Shown: positions 63,886 to 64,000 of the stretch, in pieces
How positions within the stretch are numbered: the first letter of the stretch is position 1
Layout: each line of letters opens with the position of its first letter
From: Malacoraja senta
Taxonomy: Eukaryota
NCBI GenBank assembly: GCA_038087875.1
Contig: CM075992.1
Location: forward strand, 1,862,001 to 1,926,000
Length of the DNA: 64,000 nucleotides
Direction: 5' to 3'
Made by a program: the position numbers and the translations under genes
Notes under the pieces: model-generated
What the model was told of the DNA's origin: nothing
Seen by the model: the letters and a program-made list of their open reading frames with translations, nothing else
Database searches by the model: none

Positions 63886-64000
63886 TTATAATTACCATGT
63901 CTTCAGCTTTCGCCCAGAAAACAATGAGCATTCCAAATCTCTCCTATGGAAACAGGATTAGGGTGAACTTCCGCAGTAATTCCGCAAAGAAGCCCATCTT

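Overview
Repeat-dense eukaryotic genomic DNA. The LINE/SINE complement (CR1/HER1-like, V-SINE/HE1-like, Penelope, Rex1, L2, L1, RTE) points to a cartilaginous fish, probably a skate or ray (inference). Almost every long ORF in the track is transposon-derived or antisense to one. The best host-gene signal is a minus-strand exon (36329-36561) ending in MKKSTSVLAVNAED|gtgagt, which closely resembles the 14-aa first coding exon of PDE4B1. Four small phase-1 symmetric minus-strand exons at 43-5238 splice into one open frame of a protein I do not recognise, with a duplicated exon module and basic clusters. Also present: about 20 Penelope-derived short repeats carrying a hammerhead-like core, often as fold-backs with TSDs; a four-level nested insertion (7043-10822); an internal L1 fragment with a TSD but no 3' end; Harbinger-, hAT- and Tigger-type MITEs; a perfect RFX X-box; and a 200-N assembly gap. 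All calls were read by eye with no database search.
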